This document shows positions 1 to 6,980 of a DNA stretch of 10,695 nt, one piece after another. The notes beneath the pieces are model-generated. The model saw nothing but the letters and a program-made list of their open reading frames with translations, ran no database searches and was not told where the DNA came from. Source of the stretch: a virus; IMG/VR virus record IMGVR_UViG_3300000278_000048, positions 1-10,695 of that record; one strand, 5' to 3'. Both the position numbers and the translations under genes were made by a program. How positions within the stretch are numbered: the stretch's first letter is position 1; each line of letters starts with the position of its first letter.

Positions 1-1
1 T

Positions 2-103
2 GGAGATTTTGAATCTTTATATTTAATGGAAGGTTCAAATTCAATTACAGTTAGTGGAAATTTTAAGTGTGAAGTGATTCCAAACTGGAGGTGTGAACTA
101 TGA
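2..103 (+). CDS. 3' end of an upstream tail gene (Dit position; 5' truncated by window edge)
   Basis: The frame is open from the window edge (GDFESLYLMEGSNSITVSGNFKCEVIPNWRCEL*). Stop TGA 101-103 overlaps the ATG at 100 (ATGA coupling). The Dit assignment rests only on gene order ahead of a Tal-like gene. Confidence 0.4.
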   Translation, partial: GDFESLYLMEGSNSITVSGNFKCEVIPNWRCEL

Positions 104-1992
104 TCCAATTGTATAAGCCTTTTAATAAAAGCTATGAAAAGAATGGTGATTATGTTCTACATCCATCTAGCTGCGTTATGCGCGTTGTATTGAACGGCGA
201 ATGGTATGTTAAATTAGTACATCCTATTGATGATATTTCAGAAAATATCATTGATGGGGCAGTTTTAAAAGTTCCAACATTATTTAATAAAGAACAATTG
301 TTTATTATTCGTCATGTAGACAAAGCGGATTATGATGTTCAAGTAACAGCGTATCCGCTTTTTTACATGGTTAAGACAACACCGCCTTTGTGGGATACTC
401 GCTGTGTAAATATGAATGGTCAGGATGCGTTAAATACAATTTTAAGTGGAACGTCTTTTAAAGGAATTTCGGATATCACAGATATTTCTACATGCTATTT
501 TAATAAAATGAATCGTTTGCAGGCTATTAATGGGAATGCAGACAATACATTTATGAATCGGTGGGGTGGAGAAATTGTTTATGATGATTACACAATCAAG
601 ATCAATAAAAGAATTGGTTCTGATAAAGGTGCTAGATGTGAGTTCGGATACAATTTGAAAAGCGTCCAGGAAGTCGTAAACACAGAAAATTTAATCACAA
701 GAATATATCCGCAAGCCTACAATGGATATGTATTGCCAAATGAGGAGTGTATTGATTCTCCTTTTATCAATAATTATCCAGATGTATATTGGAGCTTTAT
801 CCAGTTTGATGACGTAAAGCTAAAAGAAGATGCACAGGAAGATGATGCATCGAATGGAATCACAGTCTGCGACACATTGGAAGATTTATATAAAGTGTTA
901 AGAAAAAGAGCATCTGATTATTTCACAGAAAATAATTGCGATGTTCCTAATATCACGTATAAGGTTGATATTGTAGATTTGGCAAGACTGGATGCTTATA
1001 AAGACATTAAAAATCTTGTTTCAATTGGCTTTGGTGATACAGCTCATATTAAACATAGAAAGTTGAATATCGAAACTAGGGCAAGATTAATTGAATGCGA
1101 TTATGATTGCATCTTAAAAAAATACGATAGTATGACTTTAGGTGATTATGAAACGAAGTATTTTGAAAATGCGGATAGTGTTATCCAGGCCGCTCAAAAG
1201 GTGATTGACAAGAAAACATCGAGTTTGATTGCAGAAAAGATAAAAGGAATTATTGATGCAACTCAGGCCTCTTTATATGCTCAAAGAAATGTTGCGAAGA
1301 AAATGGATTACAGAGCCATGAAGATGGAAGATTTAGATCCAGACAGTCCAACGTATGGAGCGACTTGTTATGGAACAAGCGGTTTGGAGTTTTCTGACAC
1401 GAGAAATGAAGATGATACGGATTGGAAGTGGGGCAATGCGTTTGGGCCAAAAGGTTTAATTGCGAATGCGATTATAACTGGGATTCTTTCAGATAAGAGT
1501 GGCAGCTTTTATTTGAATATGGATACCGGTGAGCTTGTAATGAATGATGGTACATTCAAAGGAATACTGAACACTGTTAAAGATATTAATGTTGGTGCGG
1601 AAATCAATATGCAGCCACGTGCTGAGGGAGTTTCACAAGGTTCCGTCTGGTCTGATATAAAGTGTGTTGATTCAGATGGTACTGTATTGCCTGAAAGGAT
1701 TGCATTTCGTTCTTTTAAACATGATGACGAGTATCTATCGCATAGTGTGACACTGATCAGTGGTGACACCAGCGTTTCGGTTAGCGATGATGGCACAATT
1801 TTACTTTTAAGCGGTGACAATAGGTTTTCTGTGACCAAAAATTATGTTCGTATGGATACTAAAAATTCAACTATATCTATTTCAGACAGTGCTAGCATCA
1901 TTACTTTGGACGGTAAAAAAGGGCTCACTGGTACTTATACTGTGACAAAATCAATTACAGTTGAAGCCGGAATTGTAGTAGGGGTTGAGTAA
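100..1992 (+). CDS. Tail-tip / tail-associated lysin-like minor structural protein (Tal; prophage endopeptidase-tail type)
   Basis: 630-aa ORF with SD GGAGGTG at 87-93, translationally coupled to the upstream gene. By recollection the N-terminal half reads like the siphovirus Prophage_tail (PF06605-type) family. It sits in the canonical position before the baseplate and fibre genes. Not verified by search. Confidence 0.75.
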   Translation: MIQLYKPFNKSYEKNGDYVLHPSSCVMRVVLNGEWYVKLVHPIDDISENIIDGAVLKVPTLFNKEQLFIIRHVDKADYDVQVTAYPLFYMVKTTPPLWDTRCVNMNGQDALNTILSGTSFKGISDITDISTCYFNKMNRLQAINGNADNTFMNRWGGEIVYDDYTIKINKRIGSDKGARCEFGYNLKSVQEVVNTENLITRIYPQAYNGYVLPNEECIDSPFINNYPDVYWSFIQFDDVKLKEDAQEDDASNGITVCDTLEDLYKVLRKRASDYFTENNCDVPNITYKVDIVDLARLDAYKDIKNLVSIGFGDTAHIKHRKLNIETRARLIECDYDCILKKYDSMTLGDYETKYFENADSVIQAAQKVIDKKTSSLIAEKIKGIIDATQASLYAQRNVAKKMDYRAMKMEDLDPDSPTYGATCYGTSGLEFSDTRNEDDTDWKWGNAFGPKGLIANAIITGILSDKSGSFYLNMDTGELVMNDGTFKGILNTVKDINVGAEINMQPRAEGVSQGSVWSDIKCVDSDGTVLPERIAFRSFKHDDEYLSHSVTLISGDTSVSVSDDGTILLLSGDNRFSVTKNYVRMDTKNSTISISDSASIITLDGKKGLTGTYTVTKSITVEAGIVVGVE

Positions 1993-1993
1993 T

Positions 1994-2482
1994 ATGGCTC
2001 AGCCTTTTTCTGTGTTCGTTGATACTTATAATGGTACAAGTCACAATGTAGATGGTGCATTTGGAGCGCAATGTTGGGACGGTTACGCGTTCTACATGAA
2101 GTGGTTAGGATACTCATATGCGAACTGCACGGCCACAGGCGGTGCTCAAGATATTTGGACTCAACGCGCTTCTAACGGAATGTTGAATTCATGTGATGTC
2201 GTATCCACTCCACAAAATGGAGATATCGCAGTTTGGGGTTCCAACATGGGAGGTGGTAAAGGTCACGTAGCCATGTACTACAATGGTCAGTACTTCGGCC
2301 AAAACCAGGGTAGAAGTGGTGGTGCGAATGGCGGACCATTTAATTTATTAGCGATTGGAACTGCTCCATTAGGCTATTTTAGACCTAAATGTTATGCAGA
2401 TGGTAGCGGTGGAGAAGTCGAAGAAAAAAAGCTAAGATTAACGCTTGTCAATGGATTAGTAGTAGGTATTGATTATGTGTAA
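1994..2482 (+). CDS. CHAP-domain peptidoglycan hydrolase, probably virion-associated
   Basis: ATG 1994 lies 1 nt after the Tal stop; the track's TTG at 1985 is an alternative start. CHAP signature: catalytic Cys in GAQCWDG, His in KGHVAMY, then QNQG. A Gly-rich segment follows. The short C-terminal tail resembles the Tal C-terminus. Confidence 0.85.
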   Translation: MAQPFSVFVDTYNGTSHNVDGAFGAQCWDGYAFYMKWLGYSYANCTATGGAQDIWTQRASNGMLNSCDVVSTPQNGDIAVWGSNMGGGKGHVAMYYNGQYFGQNQGRSGGANGGPFNLLAIGTAPLGYFRPKCYADGSGGEVEEKKLRLTLVNGLVVGIDYV

Positions 2483-2500
2483 AAGAAAGGAAGTGGTTAT

Positions 2501-3364
2501 ATGGAATTGATGAGAAGAGATTTAAAACTAATTGTTATTAAAAGCCTTGAATCATCAGAGGGTTCTGCACATGTGCCAGTAAATTTATCGATTGATGGTA
2601 CAGATAATTATGAATTCTATACAACTCAAATTCACATTCGTTACATTTATAAGAATAAAGTTTATGAAGAAATGTTGCCAATGGATGATGAAGGCTTTTA
2701 TATTCCTTCAAAGCCTTTTTTTGAAAGTGGGCCAATTGAACTTGCGGTTCATTTAATTAGTGGTGAAAAAAAATTCGTGACAAATGAGGTGTGCTTCGTT
2801 GTGCAACGTGCGCCAAATGGAAGTTCACAAATTGGACCTAGTGAATTAAGTTGGCAACAGCTAGTTGACCAATATGTCGAATCGAAACTTAACGTAATTA
2901 TGGCTCGAATTGACAATTTGACAAACAGTCAAACCAATTTAAATGAATTAATTGATATTCGTGTCGGATACAATGGAGTTAAGTATGATACTGCAGGTGA
3001 TTCGGTACGAACACAAATTTTCAATTTACTAAAAACTCAAAGATCGTTGAAAGATTTAATTGATTCAAATCAAAAAGTTGTCAATGAACGTATGGATTCA
3101 TTTACAAATTTAGGCGAGGGCTCAACAACCGCAGATGCAGAATTGATTGATGCAAGAATCGATTTTGAAGGAAATAAGAAAAAAAGCTTAGGTACTTCAA
3201 TTCGTGAGGCTGATAAAAAAATGTTCAACATGATTCAAAGCATGATTGAAATGCTGCTTAACAATAACTTTAGTGCAAATTTAATGATTGACTTCGATAA
3301 TTATGTCGTCGATGAAAATGGCGATAATGTATTAGCCGATTGGGCATACAAGGTGAAATCATGA
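2501..3364 (+). CDS. Baseplate / tail-fibre protein, BppU-like (tentative)
   Basis: 287-aa ORF with SD GAAAGGAAGTGG upstream. It has two ELID(I/A)R...G...(Y/S).. motifs (ELIDIRVGYNGVKYDTAGDSVRTQI and ELIDARIDFEGNKKKSLGTSIRE), typical of Firmicute phage baseplate-upper and fibre proteins. It is located right after Tal and CHAP. Confidence 0.55.
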   Translation: MELMRRDLKLIVIKSLESSEGSAHVPVNLSIDGTDNYEFYTTQIHIRYIYKNKVYEEMLPMDDEGFYIPSKPFFESGPIELAVHLISGEKKFVTNEVCFVVQRAPNGSSQIGPSELSWQQLVDQYVESKLNVIMARIDNLTNSQTNLNELIDIRVGYNGVKYDTAGDSVRTQIFNLLKTQRSLKDLIDSNQKVVNERMDSFTNLGEGSTTADAELIDARIDFEGNKKKSLGTSIREADKKMFNMIQSMIEMLLNNNFSANLMIDFDNYVVDENGDNVLADWAYKVKS

Positions 3365-3660
3365 GACAAGGAACAACACCTACAATTCAAATCACGGTCA
3401 ATTATATTGATTTAGCAGATATGGAACATATCTATGTGGTATTTGAGCAAAATGGATATTTATTGAAAAAAAGCATGTCAGATTTAAAAATCGAAAACAA
3501 TGTTATTTCAGTTATTTTAACGCAGGAAGAAACATTAAGTTTTAAAAACGGAAATTGCAACATCCAATTAAGAATGATTACATATGACGGCATAGCGATG
3601 GCTTCGCCGATAAAAACAGTTAATGTGTATAGTGTATTAAATAAGGAAGTGATTACATGA
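3361..3660 (+). CDS. Small (~99 aa) fibre/baseplate accessory protein, probably Ig-like (hypothetical)
   Basis: ATG 3361 has SD AAGGTG and an ATGA overlap with the preceding stop, so I prefer it to the track's TTG at 3340. By recollection the MRQGTTPTIQITV N-terminus is typical of ~100-aa proteins next to Firmicute phage fibre genes. Function unknown. Confidence 0.6.
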   Translation: MRQGTTPTIQITVNYIDLADMEHIYVVFEQNGYLLKKSMSDLKIENNVISVILTQEETLSFKNGNCNIQLRMITYDGIAMASPIKTVNVYSVLNKEVIT

Positions 3661-3950
3661 TTCTGGTAAGCAGTATAGAAATCGATGTTAAAGACGAATC
3701 AGATCACATTCAGTTCGGTTTAAATGAACAATACATTGGAACAACGGATTATGAAAAGCTCAGAAACAAGCCAAAATTAAATGGTAATGAAATCATTGGA
3801 GAGGTTGAAGAAATAGACCCAACAGTTCCAGCGTGGGCGAAAGCAGAAACAAGACCGGTATATACACCGGAGGATATTGGAGCTATGGCAGAAGGTTCTG
3901 TAGCTTCGGTGTCAACAAATGAATTAGATGAAATATGGAATAGTTTATAA
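3657..3950 (+). CDS. Tail-fibre-associated protein (hypothetical)
   Basis: ATGA overlap with the upstream stop. It carries DYEKLRNKPKLNGNEIIG and PAWAKAETRPVYTPEDIGA, both recurrent motifs of Firmicute phage fibre proteins. The C-terminus STNELDEIW matches the C-terminus of the next gene. Confidence 0.6.
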   Translation: MILVSSIEIDVKDESDHIQFGLNEQYIGTTDYEKLRNKPKLNGNEIIGEVEEIDPTVPAWAKAETRPVYTPEDIGAMAEGSVASVSTNELDEIWNSL

Positions 3951-3963
3951 GGAGGAAAAAAGA

Positions 3964-4571
3964 ATGGCTATTGAATATTTAGATAAGAGTGGATAACTCT
4001 ATTAATCAGTAAAATTAAAGCTGCATTAGGCGAAAAAGTTGATGTGGTAAGTGATAAAGGCTTATCGACAAATGATTATACGAATGCAGAAAAAAGCAAA
4101 TTAAGTGGTATCTCAAGTGGTGCTCAAGTTAACGTGATTGAGTCAGTTAAAGTCAACGGTACAAAAGTTGAACCAAGCTCAAAAGCCGTAGATATCGCAG
4201 TGCCTACAAAGACTTCACAACTTACAAATGACAGTGACTTCCAAAATGCTACACAGGTTAATTCAACGATTACAGGAAAAGGATATCAAACGGAATCACA
4301 AGTACAATCGTTGATTAATTCGGCAGTAGGAAATATCACATCTATTAAGTACGAAAAGGTGATTTCATTACCTGCTGCAGGCTCAAATAACGTTATCTAT
4401 TTAATTGCACATTCACATGGAACTCAAGATATTTATGATGAGTATATTTGGCTTGCAGAATCCAAAACGTTTGAAAAGATTGGTAATACAGATATTGATT
4501 TATCAGGATATGTTAAGAGTTCAGAATTAACTGCAATCAGTACATCAGATTTAAACACAATGTGGGGTTAG
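3964..4571 (+). CDS. Tail-fibre protein, apparently frameshifted near codon 10 (possible pseudogene or sequencing error); the track ORF 4044..4571 is its distal part
   Basis: GGAGG at 3951-3955 plus ATG 3964 gives MAIEYLDKSG, then TAA at 3994. The frame of the 4044 ORF is already open from 3987 (EWITLLISKIKAALGEKVDVVSDKGLSTNDYT...). The GTG at 4044 has no convincing SD. The body carries GLSTNDYT, AQVNVIE, VPTKTSQLTNDS and IYL...YDEYIW fibre motifs. Confidence 0.6.
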
Positions 4572-4574
4572 TAT

Positions 4575-4820
4575 ATGGCTATCCTATTCAAAGACAAAGC
4601 TTCTATTCAGTGGCTTGTCGATAGAATAAAGTCTGTAACCACATCACATAACGCATTGAATCAAATGGTGATGAATAATCACTTTACTACAAATTTGAGC
4701 GCAACAAGCGCTCAAGATTTAGTAGATGAAAAAGGAAATACAATCTTAGCCGATTGGTCTTATGAAGTAGCAAGTGGAGAAGTCGGTACGGATTGGAAAT
4801 ATAAAGTCAAGGAGGAATAG
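4575..4820 (+). CDS. Small fibre-module protein (hypothetical, 81 aa)
   Basis: ORF lies 3 nt after the preceding stop. The region NNHFTTNL...VDEKGNTILADWSYEV parallels the C-terminus of the 2501..3364 product. No family recognised. Confidence 0.55.
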   Translation: MAILFKDKASIQWLVDRIKSVTTSHNALNQMVMNNHFTTNLSATSAQDLVDEKGNTILADWSYEVASGEVGTDWKYKVKEE

Positions 4821-4823
4821 AGA

Positions 4824-5756
4824 ATGGCAGGAAAGCAAGTAAATGAATTAGACGCATTGCCTAGTTTTACCGATACAAGCTTATTGCCTGTGCATAATGG
4901 CGCAGGATTGAAAAAAGGTTTATTATCGCAATTGGCAAATTATTTAGGAAATAAATTCAGTAATCCGAATTTATTGATTAATTCGGATTTTAAAATTAAT
5001 CAAAGAGGTGCTACAAGCTATGAATCACGAGGCTATTCTGTAGACAGATGGAAGATTTGGAATGTAACAGTAACGCCAAGCACAAGCGGAGGAATCACTG
5101 TAAAGAATGACAAATACGCAGATACCGGAACATTTCTACAATACTTAGAGAATGCAACGGAAGGTGATTCAACATTATCGTGCTATGTAACATCTGTAAG
5201 CGGAACAGCGACAATGCTAGCGGATGATAATTCACAAGTTGTATTGAAACAAGGATTAAATGTTGTGCATACAAGCGCTAGTACAAAAGCGTTTACGATC
5301 TTTTTAAACCAAGGAACTAGCATAACCCTTAAATGGGCTAAACTGGAACAAGGTAAGCATGCTACTGCTTTTGTTCATCCAATTTATAGCGAAGAATACT
5401 TGAAATGTATTTGGTTTTTTCAACCGCTTGTCGGAGCTAGAAGTGGTTATTTTTCAAACGAACGTATTTACATTAATATTCCGGAGGTTAACTCAATGAG
5501 AACTTCCAAACCATCCGTCGATTCAAGTAATATAACTTTAGAAGGATGGATTTATGCAGGAGCAAACGCAAACGCTATCAATGTAGGGCGCTCAGATATC
5601 ACTAATGTAAGCATAGACAATTACAAAGAGTTAGTATTAACACCTTCAAGTACATTGCTTACTAAATTAAAGCAACGTGACATGTCGACTATTAGTTATG
5701 TAATTGATGTAAGTGGTGGAATTTATCTAGACGCAGAAATTTATGATAATGAATAG
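4824..5756 (+). CDS. Receptor-binding tail-fibre protein (putative)
   Basis: SD AAGGAGG at 4809-4815. By recollection the N-terminal NELD...LLPV...KK...L and NLLINSDFKINQRG...GYSVDRW motifs are characteristic of distal fibre / receptor-binding proteins of Firmicute phages. It is the last large structural gene before the XkdW/XkdX-type genes. Confidence 0.6.
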   Translation: MAGKQVNELDALPSFTDTSLLPVHNGAGLKKGLLSQLANYLGNKFSNPNLLINSDFKINQRGATSYESRGYSVDRWKIWNVTVTPSTSGGITVKNDKYADTGTFLQYLENATEGDSTLSCYVTSVSGTATMLADDNSQVVLKQGLNVVHTSASTKAFTIFLNQGTSITLKWAKLEQGKHATAFVHPIYSEEYLKCIWFFQPLVGARSGYFSNERIYINIPEVNSMRTSKPSVDSSNITLEGWIYAGANANAINVGRSDITNVSIDNYKELVLTPSSTLLTKLKQRDMSTISYVIDVSGGIYLDAEIYDNE

Positions 5757-5767
5757 GAGAAGTAAGC

Positions 5768-6112
5768 ATGGTAAGAGTATATATTAATAAAGATTCAGAA
5801 AATAACATTACATCTATTAATTCAGAAATCTTCTTATCAGAAGAAGAAATGTCAACTATGACAGAGATTGACAAAGGGAAAGGCGATAAATACGCTCATG
5901 CTCAAGGTTTATATCTAGAAAAAGGATTAGTTGATGAACATGGAAGATATAACTACAAATATGTAGCAGGAAAAGTGATTGAGGTTGCAGAAGAAGATAA
6001 ACCTAAAGTTGTTGATCCAGAACAACAAGCAACGGCACAGGATAAAATTGAAGCGCAAGTCATGTATACAGCATTAATGACAGATACACTTCTAGAAGGA
6101 AACGAGGCCTAA
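5768..6112 (+). CDS. Hypothetical protein in the XkdW position (between fibre and XkdX)
   Basis: 114-aa ORF with SD AGGAGAAG. The acidic C-terminal half ends in AQVMYTALMTDTLLE. The assignment rests on synteny with PBSX-like late regions only. Confidence 0.5.
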   Translation: MVRVYINKDSENNITSINSEIFLSEEEMSTMTEIDKGKGDKYAHAQGLYLEKGLVDEHGRYNYKYVAGKVIEVAEEDKPKVVDPEQQATAQDKIEAQVMYTALMTDTLLEGNEA

Positions 6113-6115
6113 TCT

Positions 6116-6241
6116 ATGTTTGAAAAAATCAAAAGATTTTATAATCTAAAACTATATACAGATAAGCAAGTAAGAAAGTTTTGCGAAAAAGGAATCATTA
6201 CAGCTGATCAGTATAAGCAAATCACTGGTGAAAATTATTAA
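6116..6241 (+). CDS. xkdX: XkdX-family small phage protein (41 aa), not in the ORF track
   Basis: ATG 6116 lies 3 nt after the previous stop, with GAGG at 6104-6107. The product MFEKIKRFYNLKLYTDKQVRKFCEKGIITADQYKQITGENY* fits the XkdX pattern (F..Y......t...v..fV.kg.IT..qY..ITG) and the expected position before the holin. Confidence 0.8.
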   Translation: MFEKIKRFYNLKLYTDKQVRKFCEKGIITADQYKQITGENY

Positions 6242-6244
6242 CAA

Positions 6245-6266
6245 GGCTAGAATATCTAGTCTTTTT
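6245..6266 (+). terminator. Weak hairpin plus T5 between the structural and lysis modules
   Basis: GGCTAGA (6245-6251) pairs with TCTAGTC (6255-6261) with one G-U pair and a 3-nt loop, followed by TTTTT at 6262-6266. The stem is short, so it is probably leaky if functional at all. Confidence 0.3.
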
Positions 6267-6291
6267 ATATACGCCATAGGAGGAACAAAAA

Positions 6292-6558
6292 ATGGATTTT
6301 GCAGAATTAAATAATTATTATGTTTTGGTGGTAGTGGTAGCATGCTTGATTGTAGGCTACATTTTAAAAACTTCGTTTGAATCATTCCCAAACAAGTACA
6401 TTCCTACAGTGCTTGCATTTACTGGATTGGTTTTGAACCTGACGGTCAGTGGAATGTCGATTGAAAATGCAGTTTATGGAGCACTGATGGGCTTATCTAG
6501 CACAGGCATGCATCAAGCATTTACAAGATTCATCGAAGGCAACACAGAAGAAAAATAA
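6292..6558 (+). CDS. Holin
   Basis: SD AGGAGG at 6278-6283. The 88-aa product has hydrophobic helices (YYVLVVVVACLIVGYIL, IPTVLAFTGLVLNLTV, AVYGALMGLSSTG) and a charged C-terminus (EGNTEEK). The NKYIP motif and the position upstream of the lysin fit small Firmicute phage holins. Confidence 0.7.
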   Translation: MDFAELNNYYVLVVVVACLIVGYILKTSFESFPNKYIPTVLAFTGLVLNLTVSGMSIENAVYGALMGLSSTGMHQAFTRFIEGNTEEK

Positions 6559-6575
6559 AGTAGGTGGCTTGCAAT

Positions 6576-6971
6576 ATGGATTTTGTGATTACAAGCCAAC
6601 AAATTGTATGGGTTTGTGGGTTTATTGCTTCTATTTGGGGAGTGGTAAAGATTATCAAGGAATTAAAAAAACCAAGTGATGATTTAAAGGTTATGGTGAA
6701 ACGACATGATGAATTGTTGCACCGTGATAACGAACGATTAAATTCACTTGAAAAGATAACATTGAATCAGGAAGGTATCAATCGCAAATTAGAAGAGCAT
6801 ACTCGTATTCTATCAGATCATGACGATCGGTTAGAAGAAGATAAAAAGCGAGGTGATCTGATGCTAAAAGCAAACATGGCCATTCTTGATGGAATGCTAT
6901 CAGAAGATGATAAAGAAAGCCTAAAGGCTACACGAAAGGAAATTCAGGACTTTTTAGTCGAAAAGAATTAG
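6576..6971 (+). CDS. N-terminally membrane-anchored coiled-coil protein of the lysis cassette (function unknown)
   Basis: ATG 6576 has SD AGGTGG at 6562-6567, so I prefer it to the track's GTG at 6564. One TM helix (IVWVCGFIASIWGVV) is followed by ~100 highly charged residues with helical, heptad-like character. It lies between the holin and the endolysin. Confidence 0.6.
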   Translation: MDFVITSQQIVWVCGFIASIWGVVKIIKELKKPSDDLKVMVKRHDELLHRDNERLNSLEKITLNQEGINRKLEEHTRILSDHDDRLEEDKKRGDLMLKANMAILDGMLSEDDKESLKATRKEIQDFLVEKN

Positions 6972-6980
6972 GAGGTATTA

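Noticed and set aside
1981-1996. Possible +1 recoding that fuses Tal to CHAP (CHAP frame open from 1982; stop TAA followed by T ATG)
   Set aside because: There is no slippery P-site codon (GAG TAA T) and no stimulatory element. A normal ATG with an upstream G-rich SD explains independent initiation.
1250-2117. Three - strand ORFs (1250-1450, 1509-1838, 1935-2117) inside or overlapping the Tal and CHAP genes
   Set aside because: They are fully antisense to a long, well-supported + strand gene and have no SD. Their composition is Ser/Leu/Pro/Cys-rich, typical of antisense frames.
2538-2735. 65-aa - strand ORF inside the 2501..3364 gene
   Set aside because: It is antisense to a supported structural gene, with no SD and no recognisable motif.
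2424-2773. Poly-A tracts (A7 at 2424-2430, A8 at 2766-2773, further A7 runs near 3179 and 3215) as phase-variation or slippage sites in tail genes
   Set aside because: They encode Lys-Lys in frame, and such runs are common at this AT content. There is no alternative open frame of note downstream.
3332-4757. Shufflon, DGR or invertible-segment mechanism linking the two LADW-encoding segments
   Set aside because: Only 12 nt are identical, and they are in direct rather than inverted orientation. There is no recombinase or reverse transcriptase in the window and no template-repeat-like A-mutated copy.
5692-5874. 60-aa - strand ORF spanning the junction of the 4824 and 5768 genes
   Set aside because: It is antisense to two tightly packed + strand genes that have good SDs, and has no signals of its own.
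6152-6391. 79-aa - strand ORF overlapping xkdX and the holin start
   Set aside because: It is antisense to the clearly recognisable XkdX frame and the holin. Its hydrophobic character is a mirror effect of AT-rich coding sequence.
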